Of a DNA stretch of 32,000 nucleotides, positions 9,880 to 15,900 are shown piece by piece; the first letter of the stretch is position 1; every line of letters begins with the position of its first letter. This DNA comes from Pirellula staleyi DSM 6068 (lineage in GTDB: Bacteria > Planctomycetota > Planctomycetia > Pirellulales > Pirellulaceae). Under the pieces are notes generated by a model. It ran no database searches. It was not told the DNA's origin and was given only the letters and a program-made list of their open reading frames with translations. The stretch covers positions 5,370,001-5,402,000 of the forward strand of contig CP001848.1 of assembly GCA_000025185.1 (NCBI GenBank). The letters are read 5' to 3'. The position numbers were made by a program, and so were the translations under genes.

Positions 9880-9901
9880 TCCCTGCTGGAGCATCGCTGT
9901 T

Positions 9902-12900
9902 ATGTCCATCCGCTCGAATCGCTCTTCGTCTACTGACTACAGCACTGCTTCCAAGTCGACGAATAAGTCCCAGCGAGAAGCTCATGCCAAGTCGCGCATG
10001 CAGTCTCCTAAGCGACGCGCCTTTCGCCGGATGCTGGTGGAATCGCTCGAACAGCGTCAGGTGATGGCCACGCTGGTGTGGGATGGTGGTGGTGATGCGA
10101 TCAATTTCGCCGACTCTGCTAACTGGGATCTCTTGGGAGTCGATCAGGCTCCTACCTCGGGAGATACGCTCGTCTTCGGCGGCGCTGCTGCCGGTACCTT
10201 GATCAACAACACCACCCCTGGCAACACCTACGCGATGCAGTTCAACGCACCTGGTTATGTGATCACCGGCAATAGCATCACGCTCAACCAGGCGGTATCC
10301 GACCTCGCCACGACGAGCATGGTTCCCAATGGCTTTGCGATTCGCAGCAGCGCGGGAGTGAACAACACCGTCAACACGCCGCTGATCCTGTCGGGTTCCA
10401 ACACCATCGATGTCGCCGCATCGACAGGATTTGCTACCGGAGGTGCGATCAGCGGTGGTGGCTCGCTCACCAAAACCAGCAACGGTCAGTACACCCTCCG
10501 CGGGGCCAATACCTTCGGTGGTGGCGTGGTCCATACTGCCGGAGCGATTCGCGCCGAGCACGCCCAAGCCTTCGGCACCGGCACGATCTCCGTGACTGGC
10601 ACCGCCGTTACGCTGCTGTGGTGGAACACTCCGTATCAGCGCGTGGAAAACAACTGGATTCTCAGCGGAACCGGCGGCTTTGATAGCAAAACCGCGATCT
10701 ACGCCGATGGCGCTGGCGGTGGCTCTCCCGACATCACTTTGGCCGGCACGATCACCCTGGTCGGGAGCGGCAGTATCGGCGGCAATAGCGCCAACAACAT
10801 CACGGTGACCGGCCAAATCACCGGCGCAGGGAGCCTCGTTAAAGGTGGCTCGCGCGGCGACGAGAATAGCACCCTCACGCTGATGAACCCCGCCAACAAC
10901 TACACGGGTGGAACCACCATCAATCGCGGCACCCTGAAAGCTGGCGCAAACGAAGTGATTCCGCATGCCGCTGGCAATCAGGTGGTGACGGTCGGTGCCG
11001 GAACGGCGCTCGATCTGAGTGTCTTCAGCGAAACGATCAACTCGCTCGCAGGCACCGGAACGGTGCGCCGGACAGGCGGCGTGATTCCGCTCACCAACTT
11101 CACCGGCGACGCTGACTCCGATATTAGTCTCGCCAAGACCTACACCCATAAGCTCGACTTCAACGCTGGCGCAACAGTCGCCACCGTTAACGGAGTGGCG
11201 TTCGACGCTGGTGTGCAAGTCGGCCCCAACTACACCCTCAACGCTACGGCCGCTGCTGCTGGAGTTCCCACCGGAGTCACACCACCTACCGATGGCACCA
11301 GCGTGCTGCTCGAAGATTTCTACTACAACGCCAATCCCACCCAGGTGACACTCACAGGATTGACGCCAGGGACCATGTATGAGGTTCGCCTCTACCACCG
11401 CCGCTGGCAACCTTATACCAACCGCACCCAGCGGTTTGTGTTTGATGAAGATGGAGCGGGTGTTGCTTCGACCATCCTCTATCACGATGTTGATGCCAGC
11501 GCGACCCCCAATTATATGACCTATCGGTACATTGCGACCGGTAGTGCAATGACCATTAATGTTCATCTCGCCAACAATACTTCTTCGACCTACCATATTT
11601 ATGGTTTAACGAACGAAGTGGTCTCAGGATCTCTCACCACACCTACCCTTCTAGTTTCCGGTACCACTGACAATAGTTTTAATGGAACCCTGGATGGCTA
11701 CGGCACCATTCAGAAGTCGGGCAGCAATACTCAAGGCTTCGGCGGTACAGGCTCCTTTGCAGGCAATCTTAATGTCACGCAAGGGAGTATTAGCGTTGGC
11801 TCAGCAACCGGCCTAGCAAGCGCCAATGTCAACGTCAGCTCGGGCGCCAATGTGCGACTGAATTATGGCAGCGGCAATGGTGTGATCGCCAATAACTTCA
11901 CGCTCCAAGGTCTGGGAACCGCTGGCGATGGCAAAAGCACCATCTATGGCGATGGCGGTGGAAGCGGACTGGCCGAGTATGTTTTGTCCGGGACGATCAC
12001 CCTGGGTAGCAACGCCTCGATCGGTGGCAACGACCAGAACCACATCACGGTGACTGGTCAGGTGACCGGCGCAGGGGGGCTCTTCAAAGGTCAAACACGC
12101 AGCGACGAGGCGAGCACCCTCACGCTGACCAATCCGGCCAACAACTATCAAGGTGGTACGGTCATCAATCGCGGCCGTTTGCGCACCGGCGCAAACGAAG
12201 TGATTCCGCACACTTTGGCCAGCAACTCGCTCGTCGTTGGAGCCGGAACCAGTGTCGACTTCGGCATTTACACCGAAACGATCGGCAGCCTCTCGGGTTC
12301 GGGCAACCTGATGCGGAGTGGTTCGGTTCTCGCACCGGTCCTGTTCGACTCCGATGCCACCAGCGGTATTTCGAGCAGCAAAACCTACACCCACGCCCTC
12401 GATTTCAATGCCGGTGCAAGCGTTGCTACGATCAACGGTGTCAACTTCACCAATGCAGGCAATTCCGGAGGGAACTGGACACTCACCGGAGCGGGCTTTG
12501 CCTTCAGCAACACCAGCACTGGCATCCTTTCCCCAACCGATGGGACTCACACGCTGCTGGAAGATTTCCTCTACGCTGGCAATCCTGCAGTTTTGACTCT
12601 TTCGGGCCTTGTCCCTGGAACGACTTACGAAACCCGTCTTTACAATCGACGCTGGGGCGCCGACGACCGCACGAACGTCCTCATCTTCGACGAAGATGGT
12701 GCTGGTCCTGCAAGCACCACCATTCGCTTCAACGAAGATGCCAGCGCCACGCCGAACTATTTGACCTACCGATTTGTGGCCACCAGTTCGAGCGTTGCCA
12801 TTTCATTCCGGCCCAACAACAGCACGACGGCGTCGTACCATTTCTACGGCGTCACCAACGAAGTGGTAGCTGCCCCAGCGACTCCGCAGCTCAGCATCGT

Positions 12901-15900
12901 GCAGACAACCAACGGCCTCTTCTCGGGCGCGATTTCCGGGGTCGGCAGCGTGGAGAAGCAAGGGGCTGCAAGCCTGACGCTCAGCGGCGCGAGCACCTAC
13001 AGCGGTGGCACCACGATCACAGGCGGCATTCTGCTGGCGAGCAATGCCAGCGGATCGGCTACCGGCACTGGTCCGGTGCAAGGGAGTGGCGCAAGCACCC
13101 TGGGTGGAACCGGTAGTATCACCGGCGCAGTAACGCTGGCGGCGACATCGACGCTTGCCCCGGGAGCCAGCCCCGAAACGCTTGCGACCGGCAATCTGGC
13201 CCTCGGCAACAACACCGCGCTCGCGATCGAAATCGGCGGAACAGCTCCCGGCAATGGCGTTACCGGCTATGACCAGGTGAATGTCACCGGCACCGTTTCG
13301 ATTGGAAGCGGCGTAGCACTCAATCTAACGCAGCTGAGTGGCTTCACAGTCAATCCAGCGGCGCTGCAAACCTTCACGATCGTCAGCAACGATGGATCCG
13401 ACGCCGTCACGGGAACCTTCGCCGGACTTGCCGAAGGAGCAGCCATTTCGTATGCCGGTGGAACACTCTACATCAGCTACGCTGGTGGCGATGGCAACGA
13501 TATCGTGCTGTCGAGTCAGCCACTCCTCGCGGGGACTAGCTTAGCGGATGAATTTGTCATCACCGGCGATGGCACCACCTACACGGTAACACGCACCAAC
13601 TCGAGTGGCGTCGTCACTGCTGTCTACACCAATCCCGTCGCTCAGATCCTCAATATCCTGGGAGCAGGTGGCGACGATACGCTGATCGTTCGCTCGAGCG
13701 GCGCCAGCACCGATCCGATTCCCACGGGCGGAATTGTGTTCGACGGTCAAGCTCAAACGATGAGCCTGTTTGGCGACACGCTGCGGGTTGAAGGCGCCAG
13801 CTCGCAAACCGCGACTTATGTTCCCAGCAGCACCACGTTTGGCTCGGGAACCGTCACCATCGCGGGCATCGGAGTGATTACGTTCGTCGGTCTCGAACCG
13901 CTCGATTTGAGCGGCTTTGGTGTCGCGAATGTCAACTTCCCCAATGCCAACGAAATCATCAGCATCAACACCGGTTTTGATTCTGCTACTGGAACGATTC
14001 CGGCGCTCGTCGTGAGTGGCAGCAGCGGCGGTGTCTCGTTCGAGCAAGTTCATCTCTCGGGCAATACGGTGGTGAATATCGACACCGTCGCCAGCGGCGT
14101 CGATGGAGCCGATCTCATCACCATCGCCGGCGCAGCGAATGCCCACGGCAACACCAACCTCAACATCAACGCTGGAGCTGGCGCCGATATCATCGACGTC
14201 AACGGCCTGATGTCGGTCGTGGGAGCCACCAGCAGCATCGCGCTCACGTCGGGAGGCTCGATCAACGTCAACAGCACCATCACCGCTGGCTTGTCGGTGA
14301 ATCTGTCGGCCGGCACAGGATCGATCACCGATGGCAACGGCGCAACCGCCAACGTCGTCACTACGGTTGCTGGTGGCAGCCTCGTCGCGAGCGCTGCCCA
14401 AGGGATCAACCTCGACACGAGTGTCGTGAACCTCACTGCGACCAATAGCACCTCGGGCACCGTGAATATCGACGACGCCGATGGGCTGAATATCCAGAGC
14501 GTCACCAACAACAACGCCCCGGTCGTAATCACCGCTGCTGGCATCGGCAACGTGGTTGTCGAGAACCTCAATGCAGGGACCGGCGCAGTAACGATCCTCG
14601 TCAACAACGGCAACATCGAGAGTGGTGCTGCTGATGGTGGGGCCGCCGACATCGTCGGTGGCGTCACCACCCTCACCCTCACACAAACCAGTCGGCGCAT
14701 CGGCAACGGAGCCGCCAATCGACTGGAAATCAACGCCACGCAGCTGATCGTCACCGGCGGCGCTGCTGGCACGCAAACCACCCCCAATCAGGTCCACATC
14801 GTCGATACTGCCGGCGGCCTGAGCATCTCGGATTCGTCGATCGGAGCTGCCGACAACACCGTCTTCGATCTGCTGGTTCAAAACGGCAGCCTCGTCGGCG
14901 ATGGCGAAACTGACCGCGACATCGGCGCTGTCACCATCATCCTCGAAGTCACCGGCGCCACGAGCACCATCGGCGCCCTGACTGCTGGCCTGCGAATCAA
15001 TGCGGCCACAACAACCCCGGGTGGACGTGTCGACGCCAAGACCGCCGGAACCGCTGCGAGCAACATCACACTTGTCGACACGACCGACAATTTTCCCATC
15101 GGCGTGATCGATGCAGGCCTCGGCGATGTGAGACTCGTTACGCTTAATTCCGGTGCCGTCATCACCGACAACGCCAACGATGCCCTGGTCGACATCATCG
15201 CGAACCGATTGTGGTTCGAGAGTATTGCGGGGGTCGGTGTTGGATCGCTGGGCAATCTCGAAACCCAAGTGAACAACCTCGAAGCGACGACAGGGACCGG
15301 CGGCATTGGACTCGCCAACACGGGCAATGTCACGCTGGGTGGTGCGACCGCAACCGTCACTGGCGTTCGCGCCACAACAGGCGGCAGCATTAACGTTTCC
15401 TCGACCGGCAACATCATCATCTCGGAGACGGTGACAACGGCGGGAACCAACAACAATATCACTCTCACCGCAGCTGGCTCGCTAACGAGCAATGCGGTCA
15501 TCAGCTCCACGGGGCTGCTCGGGGTCACTGCCAATGGTGGCACCCTCAGCACCACCGCAGCGATGACCTCCAGCGGTACTCTCACCGCATTTTCGACCGG
15601 CAACATGTCGATCGGTGGCACCACCACTTCCACGGCAGGCGATGTCTCGCTGACCTCCAGCGGTGGGACGTTTTTAAGTAGTGCGGCGATTAGTTCGGCG
15701 GGTCTGTTTACGGGAAGTTCGGCGGGGAGTTTTACCGCCAACAGCACGATCACGTCGGTCGGGAACCTGACGGCGACCGCTGGTGGCGACATGACGATCA
15801 ACGCCAACCTGACCGCTAGTGGCGGCGCATCGTCGGTGCTCCTCACCACGACCGACTCGGCAGCCTCCCAGAACTTTTTGCTCGAAGGGTCGACCCTCGC

